From positions 1 through 64,000 of the forward strand of contig JAZDFD010000026.1 in the NCBI GenBank assembly GCA_043808155.1: a stretch of DNA of 64,000 bases. The letters run 5' to 3'. The translations under genes were made by a program, and so were the position numbers. The number at the start of each line of letters is the position of its first letter. Within the stretch, counting starts at the first letter, position 1. This document shows, piece by piece, positions 50,154 through 60,989 of the stretch. The notes beneath the pieces are model-generated. The model was not told the DNA's origin and did no database searches. It worked only from the letters and a program-made list of their open reading frames with translations. This DNA is from Candidatus Iainarchaeum sp. (GTDB lineage Archaea; Iainarchaeota; Iainarchaeia; Iainarchaeales; JAZDFD01).

Positions 50154-51233
50154 CTAACCCCTTGGTATTCTTGGTTTTCTTTTTGGAAAATGTGGTTTTT
50201 CTTTGCCCTCTACAATTCTTTTTGCTTCTTCACTTTCACGAGGGTCTGTTGGACTTGTTAATCCTGCAACAATTTCTCTTGCTCTTGCTGTGCTCATTGT
50301 GACTGGCTCTGCAGGAAATCTTTCTCTTGACTTTTCCCTTTCAGTTTTAGATTTTTTAAGTGTTTCATTCAGCTCTAAAGCGCTATGCCTGCCTCCTTCG
50401 GTACTAAATATCCGCATTAACATTCCAGCATACATCAAAGCCACTGCTTCAGGAACTTTAAAGTGTTGTTGTATTAATGTCGTGGCTTCTGCTTCATTTT
50501 TAACAGTTGAAAGTTTTATGAAAAGTTGATGATGTCTCGCAGTAAGAATTTGAACTTGATCTAACAGGGGGAGTTTTTGGAAACCTTCTGCTCTTTTGTG
50601 TCTTTTTTTATGAAGCCCGACTTCAACAGAAAGTTTCTCTTCAGTAATTTTGCCACCAACAAATTTAAGCATTAAAAAATAGTTTCCCATATTACTGTGC
50701 GCTTGGTCTAGATTGTTTAATTTTGAATACACATTCTCATTTAATTCAACTACTGCTTGTTTTCTGCCTGTTTTTGTTGTTCTTTCCTTAACATTCCAGT
50801 GAGCAATTGCACTTTTGGGAATTAGCAAATCGCGAGAAATACTGCCTCCTTCGTGTGGATGTTTTGTTTTAGCAACACCAACTATTCTTTCTGCTCTTTT
50901 CCAGTCTTGATTACTTATTCTGAAAAATTGGTTATTAAAAATCTTAACATAAGGTTGCTTGACCGCAGTTCCCCGTACTCTAATTTTTTCGGGGTCGGTT
51001 AATACAGTTTGGGTAATCTGAAGATTGCAAATCTGATTTGGCTTTGCTTTGTTTGTGAAAGCTATGTCAGTGAAATATCCTTTCTCAAATTTTGCATTTT
51101 TCACTAATCCGAGAAGCTGAAGGCTTGTTTCTCCTTTAGTGCCTTTTCTGCTTGAAGTTTTTAGCACAAATCTTTCAATAAACTCCTCAGGCGTTTTGCA
51201 TCTTTTCATTGCAGCTAAAAGTGTTAGGGACAT
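50154..51233 (-). CDS. Hypothetical basic protein
   Basis: ~360-aa ORF, K/R/P-rich C-terminus; start uncertain (51233 or 51254). Confidence 0.7.
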   Translation of the reverse strand: MSLTLLAAMKRCKTPEEFIERFVLKTSSRKGTKGETSLQLLGLVKNAKFEKGYFTDIAFTNKAKPNQICNLQITQTVLTDPEKIRVRGTAVKQPYVKIFNNQFFRISNQDWKRAERIVGVAKTKHPHEGGSISRDLLIPKSAIAHWNVKERTTKTGRKQAVVELNENVYSKLNNLDQAHSNMGNYFLMLKFVGGKITEEKLSVEVGLHKKRHKRAEGFQKLPLLDQVQILTARHHQLFIKLSTVKNEAEATTLIQQHFKVPEAVALMYAGMLMRIFSTEGGRHSALELNETLKKSKTEREKSRERFPAEPVTMSTARAREIVAGLTSPTDPRESEEAKRIVEGKEKPHFPKRKPRIPRG

Positions 51234-51275
51234 AGAAAAAGTATGATTATACAACTATAAAAAGATTCTGTTAGT

Positions 51276-52724
51276 TTAAGGATAATTAGGTGCTTCTTCT
51301 GTGATGTTAATATCATGAGGATGCCCCTCTTTGAGCCCTGCGTTTGTGACTCTTACAAACTTTGCTTTCTTTTGCATTTCTGAGATGTTATGCGCACCAA
51401 CCATGCCCATTCCTGCCTGCACGCCTCCCAGAAGCTGGTAAATCATTTCTTTTAATGAGCCTTTGTAGGGCACAATTCCTTCAATTCCTTCTGGAACTAA
51501 TTTTTTTACGTCCATTGTTTCTTTTTGGAAGTATCTGTCTCTTGCACCTTCATCTTTTGTCATTGCACTGATTGAACCCATGCCCCTGTATTGTTTGAAT
51601 TTTCTATTGTTCAGATAAACAGTTCTTCCCGGAGTTTCATCCGTACCTGCAAAAATAGAACCAATCATTACTGAACTTGCGCCTGCGCCAATTGCTTTTG
51701 CAATATCACCGGAGTATCTTAAACCCCCGTCTGCAATTATTGGCACTTTAGATTTTTCAGCTGCTTTTGCACAATCCTGAATTGCAGTAAACTGAGGCAT
51801 GCCTGCACCAGTAATAACTCTTGTTGTACAGATTGCACCCGGACCAACACCGACTTTTACTGCATCTGCACCAGCGGAAATTAAATCATGTACTGCTTCT
51901 GCTGTTGCAGCATTTCCTGCAATAACCTGAATATTAAAATTATTTTTTAACTTTCTTACACCCTGCACAACTGACTTTGCATGTCCGTGTGCAGTATCAA
52001 TAACAAAAACATCAGTATCCTGTTCAATTAGTTTTTTAACTCTGTCAAAATCACCTGGTCCGATTGCAGCACCAACTTTTAATCTGCCTTTTGCATCTTT
52101 CAATGCATTTGGATTTTCTGCGCTTTTCTTAATATCTGCAGTTGTAATCAATCCTTTTAATTCATTTTTTGAATTCACAATTGGCAGTTTCTCAATTCTG
52201 TGTTCATGCATAATCTGTTTTGCTTTTTCCATCTTAACTTCTTTATTAACAGTAATCAAATCTTTGCTCATAACTTCATTTACTTTCTTTTTGAAGTTAG
52301 TTTCAAATCTTAAATCTCTGTTTGTAACAATCCCGACTAATTTTCCTTTTGAAACTACGGGAAATGATGAAAAATTATGTAATTTTTTAAGTTCAAATAT
52401 TTTTGCAAGTGTGTCTTCAGGTGAAACAGTTACAGGATTAGTTATTACCCATATTTCACTTCGTTTAACTTTGCTAACTTGTTCTGCCTGTTCTTCCGGA
52501 CTCATGTTTCTGTGAATAATTCCAATACCGCCCTGCTGTGCCATAACAATTGCAGTTTTGTATTCAGTAACAGTATCCATTGCCGCACTTACTAAGGGTA
52601 TATTCATGTCAATTTTTTTAGTAAGCTTGGTTTTCAAATCCACATCGTGGGGATGAACAGAAGAAGCCATCGGAATAAGGAGTACATCATCAAATGTTAG
52701 TCCGAGTTTTGTTTCACCGCGCAT
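51276..52724 (-). CDS. guaB: IMP dehydrogenase with CBS pair
   Basis: [37 protein letters not shown]. Confidence 0.97.
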   Translation of the reverse strand: MRGETKLGLTFDDVLLIPMASSVHPHDVDLKTKLTKKIDMNIPLVSAAMDTVTEYKTAIVMAQQGGIGIIHRNMSPEEQAEQVSKVKRSEIWVITNPVTVSPEDTLAKIFELKKLHNFSSFPVVSKGKLVGIVTNRDLRFETNFKKKVNEVMSKDLITVNKEVKMEKAKQIMHEHRIEKLPIVNSKNELKGLITTADIKKSAENPNALKDAKGRLKVGAAIGPGDFDRVKKLIEQDTDVFVIDTAHGHAKSVVQGVRKLKNNFNIQVIAGNAATAEAVHDLISAGADAVKVGVGPGAICTTRVITGAGMPQFTAIQDCAKAAEKSKVPIIADGGLRYSGDIAKAIGAGASSVMIGSIFAGTDETPGRTVYLNNRKFKQYRGMGSISAMTKDEGARDRYFQKETMDVKKLVPEGIEGIVPYKGSLKEMIYQLLGGVQAGMGMVGAHNISEMQKKAKFVRVTNAGLKEGHPHDINITEEAPNYP

Positions 52725-52811
52725 TTAAAACGCCTTTTACTTATACTTGTATATATAGATTTATAAATACTTTACCTAAAGTGTTATTGGGGTTAAAATA
52801 GGAGATTTTGA

Positions 52812-54079
<1,268 letters not shown>

Positions 54080-54100
54080 AATAAGTGATATTTTTCTGAT

Positions 54101-54520
54101 TCACTTCTTTTTCAACAAACTGCTTTTATAGTTCTCAGGTTCGAAAGAATTAATCCTCACAACATCTAATTTCCAGCCAAGAAGATTTGCTCTCTGTTTA
54201 ATTGTTTCGGCATTTTCTTTCTGGTCATAACCAAGTGCAATAACATCAGGTCTGTAATCCTCAACAATTTTGAATTTGTTTGAATTCTTTAGTGAATTCC
54301 CTAACACAACAGAATCTGCAATACCCAAAGCTTCAACATCTTTTTTTCTCTGCTCTTCATTATGACGTGGGGGTTTGCCTTTAATTGTTTCAATAGTTTC
54401 ATCTCTTGCAATAACAATAACTAAGTCAGTTCCAAGTTTTTTAGCTTCTCTTAAGTAGTGTTCATGCCCTTTATGAACCAAATCAAAAGAACCAAATGCT
54501 AAAACTCGTTTTTTGGACAT
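54101..54520 (-). CDS. ribL: Archaeal FAD synthase (cytidylyltransferase family)
   Basis: FGSFDLVHKGH, VIARD, PDVIALGYDQ, KSS. Confidence 0.8.
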   Translation of the reverse strand: MSKKRVLAFGSFDLVHKGHEHYLREAKKLGTDLVIVIARDETIETIKGKPPRHNEEQRKKDVEALGIADSVVLGNSLKNSNKFKIVEDYRPDVIALGYDQKENAETIKQRANLLGWKLDVVRINSFEPENYKSSLLKKK

Positions 54521-54587
54521 GTTTATCTCACTTTAATACCTGTAAAAGAACACTTTTTTATATACTTATAGCTTCTTTAATTATACT

Positions 54588-55541
54588 ATGATTACAGACC
54601 CAAAAGAAAAACTAGCGCTCATTAAAAGAAACACAGCTGAAGTAGTTACAGAACGAGAACTTGAAACATTAGTCCGAACTGTGGAAAAACCTGTTGTTTA
54701 CTGCGGTTATGAGCCTTCAGGACCTGTGCATTTGGGGCACATGGTTACTATTTCCAAATTAATTGATTTTGAAAATGCAGGCTTTAAAGTAAAAATTCTA
54801 ATGGCTGACTGGCACGCATGGTTAAATAGAAAAGGCGACTGGGATTTTATAAGAAACGCAGCAAAAGAATGGGAAAAAGCATTCAAGAGATTAGGTCTGA
54901 AAAATGCAGAATATATTTTAGGCAGTTCTTTTCAGATGAAAGAAGAATATATCACAGATGTTTTTGAATTAGCTGAGGAAATTTCAGTTTCGAGAGCACT
55001 ACGTTCAATGCAGACTGTTGCACGGGAATCTGAAAATGCAAAAGCGTCTCAGATGATTTATCCTTTAATGCAGATTGCAGATATTAAACATCTTAAAGTA
55101 GATGCAGTTGAAGCAGGAATTGAGCAGAGAAAAATTTACATGCTTGCGAGAGAACACATTTCACGAATTGGTTACAAAAAACTTCCTTATGTTTACACTC
55201 CTTTAATTAATTCATTATTGGGTCCGGGAGATAAAATGTCTTCTTCAATTCCCAATTCAATGATTTCAACTGAGGATGATGCTGCTTCAATTAAAGATAA
55301 AATCAAAAAAGCATACTGCAAAGAAAAAGAATTAGACGGAAATCCAATTTTGGAAATTGCCCGCTATGTTGTGATGCCAAGAACTAAAGAACTGATAATC
55401 CCGCGACCAAAAAAATACGGCGGAAAATTAATTTTCACATCACAGGAAGAAATTGAACGTTCCTTCAGAGCAGGCGAATTACACCCAATGGATTTGAAAA
55501 CTGCTGTTGCTGAACATCTGATTAAGATTTTGAAGAAGTAG
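54588..55541 (+). CDS. tyrS: Tyrosine--tRNA ligase (archaeal type)
   Basis: YCGYEPSG..HLGH, YPLMQ..D, EQRK, KMSSS, LHPMDLK. Confidence 0.95.
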   Translation: MITDPKEKLALIKRNTAEVVTERELETLVRTVEKPVVYCGYEPSGPVHLGHMVTISKLIDFENAGFKVKILMADWHAWLNRKGDWDFIRNAAKEWEKAFKRLGLKNAEYILGSSFQMKEEYITDVFELAEEISVSRALRSMQTVARESENAKASQMIYPLMQIADIKHLKVDAVEAGIEQRKIYMLAREHISRIGYKKLPYVYTPLINSLLGPGDKMSSSIPNSMISTEDDAASIKDKIKKAYCKEKELDGNPILEIARYVVMPRTKELIIPRPKKYGGKLIFTSQEEIERSFRAGELHPMDLKTAVAEHLIKILKK

Positions 55542-55606
55542 TTATCACTGCAAAGCAATAAACGCATAAATCAATGCTTATTAAGTATTATGCTCAATGC
55601 ATAATC

Positions 55607-55631
55607 TTTATATAGTTTAATGTACATTTAA
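55607..55631 (+). promoter_or_regulatory. TATA box and palindromic putative operator of TA locus 1
   Basis: CTTTATATAG followed by the palindrome AATGTACATT. Confidence 0.45.
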
Positions 55632-55646
55632 TATGCAGGTGATAAC

Positions 55647-55883
55647 ATGAATGTAAATCTTGGAATCCCTTATGAAGCAATTGTAAACAAAGCTATAGAC
55701 AAGGGTTATGCAGGCAATCAAACAGAAGTTATAAGACAAGCCCTGCTTGCTTATGATAGAATACTGGAAGAAGAGGAAAAAGAACTTGTTGCCAAGGCAA
55801 TTAAAATAGAAATGAGTGAAGTAAAAGCAGGTAACATTAAAACAAAATCTTTTGATGCAATGAAAAAAAAGTTCAAGTGGTAA
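55647..55883 (+). CDS. RHH (ParD-like) antitoxin
   Basis: GYAGNQTEVIRQAL RHH pattern; upstream of RelE-like gene. Confidence 0.75.
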   Translation: MNVNLGIPYEAIVNKAIDKGYAGNQTEVIRQALLAYDRILEEEEKELVAKAIKIEMSEVKAGNIKTKSFDAMKKKFKW

Positions 55884-55884
55884 A

Positions 55885-56145
55885 ATGGAAGTAAAGATTC
55901 TTGAAACCGCTGAAAAAGAGCTTGAAAAAATAGTTAACCCCCTAAACAAGCAGTTCGGAAAACATATTGAAAAAATTGCTTCAAATGAAACAAGCAGACA
56001 CCTGAAACATGGTTTGCAGTATTTCACCGAAAATGTTACAAAACAGGCTAGAATTGTTTACTATTTTGAGGAAAAAACTATTTATGTAATGCACTGCTTC
56101 AAAAACCACAAAGAATACGAAAGATGGTATAAATCATTTAAATAA
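55885..56145 (+). CDS. RelE/ParE-family toxin
   Basis: AEKELEKI, RHLKHG, ARIVY, HKEYE; 86 aa. Confidence 0.75.
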   Translation: MEVKILETAEKELEKIVNPLNKQFGKHIEKIASNETSRHLKHGLQYFTENVTKQARIVYYFEEKTIYVMHCFKNHKEYERWYKSFK

Positions 56146-56218
56146 GTTCTGGTTTTTTATTCTTTTGCCTCACTTCTAATTATAGCCATTATTGGCATAA
56201 TGCGAACGACGTGAGCAA

Positions 56219-56258
56219 GTGCTACCGAAGGTGCACACGCACTCGCCGGGCGCTCGGC
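56219..56258 (+). repeat. Copy of the hairpin + conserved-tail element abutting tRNA-Leu +1
   Basis: GTGCTACCGAAGGTGCAC+ACGCACTCGCCGGGCGCTCGGC. Confidence 0.8.
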
Positions 56259-56428
56259 GCACGGGTACCGAAGTGGTTAAACGGGACAGACTCAAAAAAA
56301 CTTTTAGAAAAAGTTTTAGCAAAAGAAACTTTTCAGAAAAGTTTCATCAAAACTAAAGCTTTATCTTTATTGAATTTGAGAGATCTGTTGGCTTAGTGCC
56401 TCCGTAGGTTCGAATCCTGCCCCGTGCA
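56259..56428 (+). tRNA. tRNA-Leu(CAA) with 86-nt intron (56297-56382) at position 37/38
   Basis: GCACGGG/CCCGTGC acceptor, ACAGA/TCTGT anticodon stem, long variable arm, TTCGAAT; BHB helix CTCA/TGAG. Confidence 0.9.
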
Positions 56429-56625
56429 TAGCCGGTTTCGTCCGGCTGTACCGAGATATGTGCACTGTTGCTTTGTGCAACAGCGCAGTAATATTTTTCG
56501 GAAACTGTGTCATAGCAAAAAGCGTACCCGATTTCTGCTTAGCAGAAATGGGCGCATTTCATCAGAGCTGAAATAGCGTGGCACCCGTACTCGCCGGACG
56601 TGACGGCGGAATCCTGCCCTGTACA
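56429..56625 (+). repeat. Multi-hairpin tRNA trailer with another element copy and a degenerate duplicate of the tRNA 3' end
   Basis: Several hairpins; CCGTACTCGCCGGACGTGACGGC (56585-56607); GAATCCTGCCCTGTACA (56609-56625) matches 56412-56428 at 15/17. Confidence 0.75.
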
Positions 56626-56743
56626 ATTTTCTGATTTATGAAGCGGTACGGATTAGCGAAATAGTAATTAGGGTTCGTGGGTGTGGGATTTCCTGTAGAA
56701 TGAAAAGAATTAAATAAAAGAAGAACCACTATTTTTCTACTGA

Positions 56744-57199
56744 GTGAGTAATAAAATGCCTGCGAAAAGACCAAAGTACATCTCAAAATTTAGTGCAAGA
56801 AGGCGAAGAGCTAATACTGAAGCAAGAAAACAATTTCCGGAATGCGGAACCAAAGATGAAACATTTCAAATATTCCGCAATGCTTATCATGCGATAATTC
56901 TCGCTGAGGAATTCGGGGGGCTTAATTCTCCTGCAGTCAGAACAAAACTTCGTTTTATCCATCCAGAGGAACGCCTGCTTCTCCGAAAATATATCGCTAA
57001 AACAACCCGTGACCCAATTCAGCGGCGGATTGTTTGGGAACTTTTAAAGCTTGAGAAAGAGCGTGGCAGATATATTTATCCTGACTTCCCAGAAGTGAAA
57101 CTAACCAGACCGGAAATTAATGCACTTAAAAAAGCACAGGCAGAAATTAATGAACATAAAAAGAAAAAGACTTCCACGCTTAAATTTAAAAGCAGATAA
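56744..57199 (+). CDS. Hypothetical basic protein (start GTG 56744 or ATG 56756)
   Basis: MPAKRPKY... K/R-rich ORF, TTAAATAA upstream. Confidence 0.65.
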   Translation: MSNKMPAKRPKYISKFSARRRRANTEARKQFPECGTKDETFQIFRNAYHAIILAEEFGGLNSPAVRTKLRFIHPEERLLLRKYIAKTTRDPIQRRIVWELLKLEKERGRYIYPDFPEVKLTRPEINALKKAQAEINEHKKKKTSTLKFKSR

Positions 57200-57248
57200 A
57201 GCGTATTCTATGCATGAGAAAAATATTTTTACTTTTGATAATTTCTTT
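57179..57248 (+). repeat. 70-bp exact direct repeat, copy 1 (promoter + start of signal peptide)
   Basis: Identical to 58536-58605. Confidence 0.92.
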
Positions 57249-58440
57249 ATTGATTTTTGGATGTGTTGAAAATAATCTTCCTGGGAATGGAAGCGCAGAT
57301 GATACGGATAATTTCATGAATGATGCGGATAATTTGGATAATGGGGCAAATGAAAATACAAATAACATTGGGGATGAAAAAATTAAATCTGATGATTTGC
57401 AGGATACTCCAAGTGGGGATGGGATTTCTGAAGATGAAACCCAGGACGAGGATATTCAAAAATCTGCGTTAATACAATTGAACGAATTCGATATGTTAGA
57501 CCAATACAAAAAGGAATTTGTAAGAGATTTTGATATTCTTGAATGCCAGAGCAAAACTTATTTTACAGATGCCAGCATCACTGAGGTTATTGATTGGTAT
57601 TATTCTGATCTGCCTTATACCTTAGTTTCAAAAGATGTTTTTAATCCCCCAGAAAATCCGGATGTTGAAATAGGGTATCTCGTTTTTAAAAAAGAAAATA
57701 CAGGAATATATATAGATGTGCAGCCGGCTGAAACAATTCCTATAGCTACAGGCAAAACCTTAATCATCTATGCTGAATGCCCATGGGCTATGCTTAAGGA
57801 AGTGGTTGGTGATGTCAGCGGAGAGCTTGGTGTTGAAGGAGACATTGACTGGTCAGACGCTTATGTTTTTGAGGATCCGGAAGCTGATTTCTGGAAAGGA
57901 AGCGGTTCACCACCGGAAATAATAAACTATCCGCCATCAGACATTCTGAAAATATATGTAAAGAATGATGACGCTTATCTTTATGTTAAATATGAAGTAG
58001 CAGGACAAATACCTGCATTGCCATACAAATATGGTGAAGACACAATAAGGATATTTACATATTTTACGCTTATAGATAAGGATCAAAATCCAAGCACAGG
58101 AATTAAGAATGGGTATACTGGTGCTGACCTTGCATTGGATTTTTGGTTTGGTTCCCCTCCAGAAGCAAATGGCAAGATGTATTCATTAATCCAATATGCT
58201 TTTTATGATCCTGCAGGAGAAGAGGAGCTCGGCTCGTTCAATGATGGCGGAACTCTGATTGCAGGAGGATTAGGATATACTTATGTGGCATCAAAGTATA
58301 AACTTGCAGACCTGGGATTGAAAAAAGGCGATACCATCAATATTTTCCCTTTGATTGAAGTAGAAAGTGATTCCTACCATCACTTTGCCAGGGATGTATA
58401 CAAAAAAGATGTTGAATGGACTTCCATAAACATAAAGTAA
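57214..58440 (+). CDS. Acidic putative lipoprotein with C-terminal carbohydrate-binding/DOMON-like domain
   Basis: LIFGC lipobox; DILKIYVKNDDAYLY..IDKDQNPSTG. Confidence 0.75.
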   Translation: MRKIFLLLIISLLIFGCVENNLPGNGSADDTDNFMNDADNLDNGANENTNNIGDEKIKSDDLQDTPSGDGISEDETQDEDIQKSALIQLNEFDMLDQYKKEFVRDFDILECQSKTYFTDASITEVIDWYYSDLPYTLVSKDVFNPPENPDVEIGYLVFKKENTGIYIDVQPAETIPIATGKTLIIYAECPWAMLKEVVGDVSGELGVEGDIDWSDAYVFEDPEADFWKGSGSPPEIINYPPSDILKIYVKNDDAYLYVKYEVAGQIPALPYKYGEDTIRIFTYFTLIDKDQNPSTGIKNGYTGADLALDFWFGSPPEANGKMYSLIQYAFYDPAGEEELGSFNDGGTLIAGGLGYTYVASKYKLADLGLKKGDTINIFPLIEVESDSYHHFARDVYKKDVEWTSINIK

Positions 58441-58535
58441 CTTAGTTTAATAAAAAATAGAATTATTTAATTTCACTAGTGCTAGTTTAATCTCCTCAGG
58501 AGGACTAATTTCCTGTGAACATTCAAAGTGCTATA

Positions 58536-58605
58536 CTTAAATTTAAAAGCAGATAAAGCGTATTCTATGCATGAGAAAAATATTTTTACTTTTGATAATT
58601 TCTTT
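58536..58605 (+). repeat. 70-bp exact direct repeat, copy 2
   Basis: Identical to 57179-57248. Confidence 0.92.
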
Positions 58606-59878
58606 GTTAATTTTGGGGTGTGCAAACAACAACCTGCCTGCAAATGAAAGCACAGATGATAATAATGGTTTAGATGTGCCTGATAACACTCAGGACACAA
58701 CAGATACAGAACCTGATGAAGTAATTCCTGATGTAGAACCAGTGCCTAATATTTTTATTGATGCAAGTACTCCAAGCGGACCTTATAATGAAGGCGATGA
58801 ATTTGATATTGAATATACTGTAGAAAATATTGGGGACACTATCAAAGGATACATTGTTAGTGTTTGTGAAAAAGCAGGATTTGAAGCAAAGTGCAGAACA
58901 AAAACAGTGAAAGATATAGGCACTCATAATTCATCATTAGTTAATTGTGATTTTACGGAAGAAGATGCAATTTGCGATGAAGAAACATTAGGCACTAATG
59001 GAATATACACTTATTCAGTTTTAGTTTATGATTGTGCAGATTTAGAAGACGCAACTGACATGGACTGTTCAGAAGTGGAAAAATCTGCAATTCCTGAAAG
59101 TGTTGAACCATTAAAAACATTTGAAAAAGAAATTGAAGTTGGCGGGGAATCAAATGATGATGAAGACTCTGATACGGATTCAGATAGTGGAACTACACAA
59201 GGTGCCATAACCGACTTCCGAACAATTGACCCAAACTGGAAATGTAATTTTATAATGGATTCAGAAGACCCAACAGATATTTGGAGATATTCAAAGTTAG
59301 ATACAGATATTAGCATTGCATGTGGTAAGGCAATCTTAATTCAGGAAACAGTAAATCAGCCTCTGAGACCAGTATATAATATTTCATTTAATTATAGTGA
59401 TACTTTCTCCGCACAATATGCAGGTAATGGTGAAATTATAATCAGTCACTTGGGAACTGCACAGTCTGCATTCAAAGATGTTTTAATTCATGAATTAACA
59501 CACAGTGCATTAGACGAAATCCCATTGCCAGTCTGGTTTGAAGAAGGAATTGCCGAAAGAATGGTTGATTTAGTCAATGAGCAAGACACATCACTTTGGC
59601 GAGTTTACATAAAAGATATTGAAACATTAGATCCTTTTGATACTGGTGATGGAGTAGATAATTCAATTAATTATCGATATGCAAATTATACTGTAAAGAA
59701 ATTTGTTGAAAAATACGGGTATGATGCATTAAGAGAGACTATTCAATTTGTTAAAGATGAACAGGAATGGGGAAACATAAACAAAAGAAACCAAGTTCTT
59801 GTTAATGCAGCAATTGACGCCACTGGCGATTCTTCAATCACACTAGATAAATTAGCTTATCCAAAAAACTACGAATAA
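58571..59878 (+). CDS. Putative lipoprotein with C-terminal gluzincin (clan MA) peptidase domain
   Basis: LILGC lipobox; LIHELTH...PVWFEEGIAE. Confidence 0.8.
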   Translation: MRKIFLLLIISLLILGCANNNLPANESTDDNNGLDVPDNTQDTTDTEPDEVIPDVEPVPNIFIDASTPSGPYNEGDEFDIEYTVENIGDTIKGYIVSVCEKAGFEAKCRTKTVKDIGTHNSSLVNCDFTEEDAICDEETLGTNGIYTYSVLVYDCADLEDATDMDCSEVEKSAIPESVEPLKTFEKEIEVGGESNDDEDSDTDSDSGTTQGAITDFRTIDPNWKCNFIMDSEDPTDIWRYSKLDTDISIACGKAILIQETVNQPLRPVYNISFNYSDTFSAQYAGNGEIIISHLGTAQSAFKDVLIHELTHSALDEIPLPVWFEEGIAERMVDLVNEQDTSLWRVYIKDIETLDPFDTGDGVDNSINYRYANYTVKKFVEKYGYDALRETIQFVKDEQEWGNINKRNQVLVNAAIDATGDSSITLDKLAYPKNYE

Positions 59879-59927
59879 TTCAGAAACTGTTCAAAAAAGT
59901 TCAGAGAATTTAGAGAAAAGTGATACA

Positions 59928-60128
59928 ATGAAATGTGCAAAGTGCGGTAAACCTGCAACTAAATATAATTCAAATCAAATTCCTGTTTGCTCTAAACACA
60001 CTAAAGAAAAAATTACTGCCCCTAAATGCCCTAACTGCAAATTAGAAATGATAATCAGACAGGGAAAATATGGTGCTTTCTGGGGCTGCAAAGCTTTCCC
60101 AATGTGTGACGGGATTTCTAAAATTTGA
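59928..60128 (+). CDS. Small zinc-finger protein with topoisomerase C4-type ribbon
   Basis: CAKC..C; CPNC..M.IRQGKYGAFWGC..FP.C. Confidence 0.8.
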   Translation: MKCAKCGKPATKYNSNQIPVCSKHTKEKITAPKCPNCKLEMIIRQGKYGAFWGCKAFPMCDGISKI

Positions 60129-60130
60129 AA

Positions 60131-60475
60131 TTAGGGATTTTCTTTAAGAAATTTTGCCAAAGCATCCCTTCTTTTTCTGTATTCTTTTTCCATGTCTTTT
60201 TCTATAGGGCTGTCAGGATCTCCAAGTTCCATTTTTAACCATTTATTCAATTCATTCAAATGTATTTTTAACTGCCCTTTGCTAACTGCATTGAGTTTGT
60301 GCGTATCCATTGACTCTGCAATTTCTCCTGCAACCGTTTGGGCAATTTGTCGTTTGTCTGAAATGTGAAATCCGTGTCTATAATTCAAAGAATCAATAAC
60401 ATACTGCGGAAGTCCTGTCCTTGGTTTTGCGTTTGGTAAGTTTCTTTTGTTTGTTGGTCTTTTTGGTCCAGCCAT
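60131..60475 (-). CDS. Hypothetical protein with basic Pro-rich N-terminus
   Basis: MAGPKRPTNKRNLPNAKPR... Confidence 0.6.
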   Translation of the reverse strand: MAGPKRPTNKRNLPNAKPRTGLPQYVIDSLNYRHGFHISDKRQIAQTVAGEIAESMDTHKLNAVSKGQLKIHLNELNKWLKMELGDPDSPIEKDMEKEYRKRRDALAKFLKENP

Positions 60476-60628
60476 ATCAATCACTAAAATTATTGTTTTT
60501 GATATTTTTAAAGTTATTGATTACTTTGCTTCTGCTTTTGAATTGTAGATATTTGACTAAGATATAAGCAAAATAAAATAAAAAAATAAAAAATAGGTTA
60601 CTGGTTTTAAACAAATAATTGATTAAAA

Positions 60629-60805
60629 TTAGTAATTGCTGTCTCGTGAGGAATAATTTCCTCTTGAAGGTTTTTTGTGTTTTTGGTAGCATTCTCTACA
60701 GTACACAGGTCTTGTTCCGTCAGGCTTGAAAGGGACTTCTGTGTCCTTTCCGCATTCTGAGCAAGTTACTGTGAATGTTGATCTGCCAAATTGGTCTTTA
60801 CTCAT
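60629..60805 (-). CDS. CxxC-x17-CxxC domain protein
   Basis: CSECGKDTEVPFKPDGTRPVYCRECY. Confidence 0.88.
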   Translation of the reverse strand: MSKDQFGRSTFTVTCSECGKDTEVPFKPDGTRPVYCRECYQKHKKPSRGNYSSRDSNY

Positions 60806-60989
60806 AATTTTTTTCACGTTTTTTATATTATAATCAATCCCCGTATTGTGAGGAAAGATTAGATATTACTCCTATAAGGGGTTTATAAAGGTACCTTATG
60901 GGTTTTAGCGTAATTACAACTAAAAAGCGCAAGCTTCACCTCAGAATATAACACAGGCATTTAAAAAAAGAAAATGTAATATTTAAACA

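Noticed and set aside
56211-56396. 61-aa ORF on + strand
   Set aside because: Overlies tRNA-Leu and its intron
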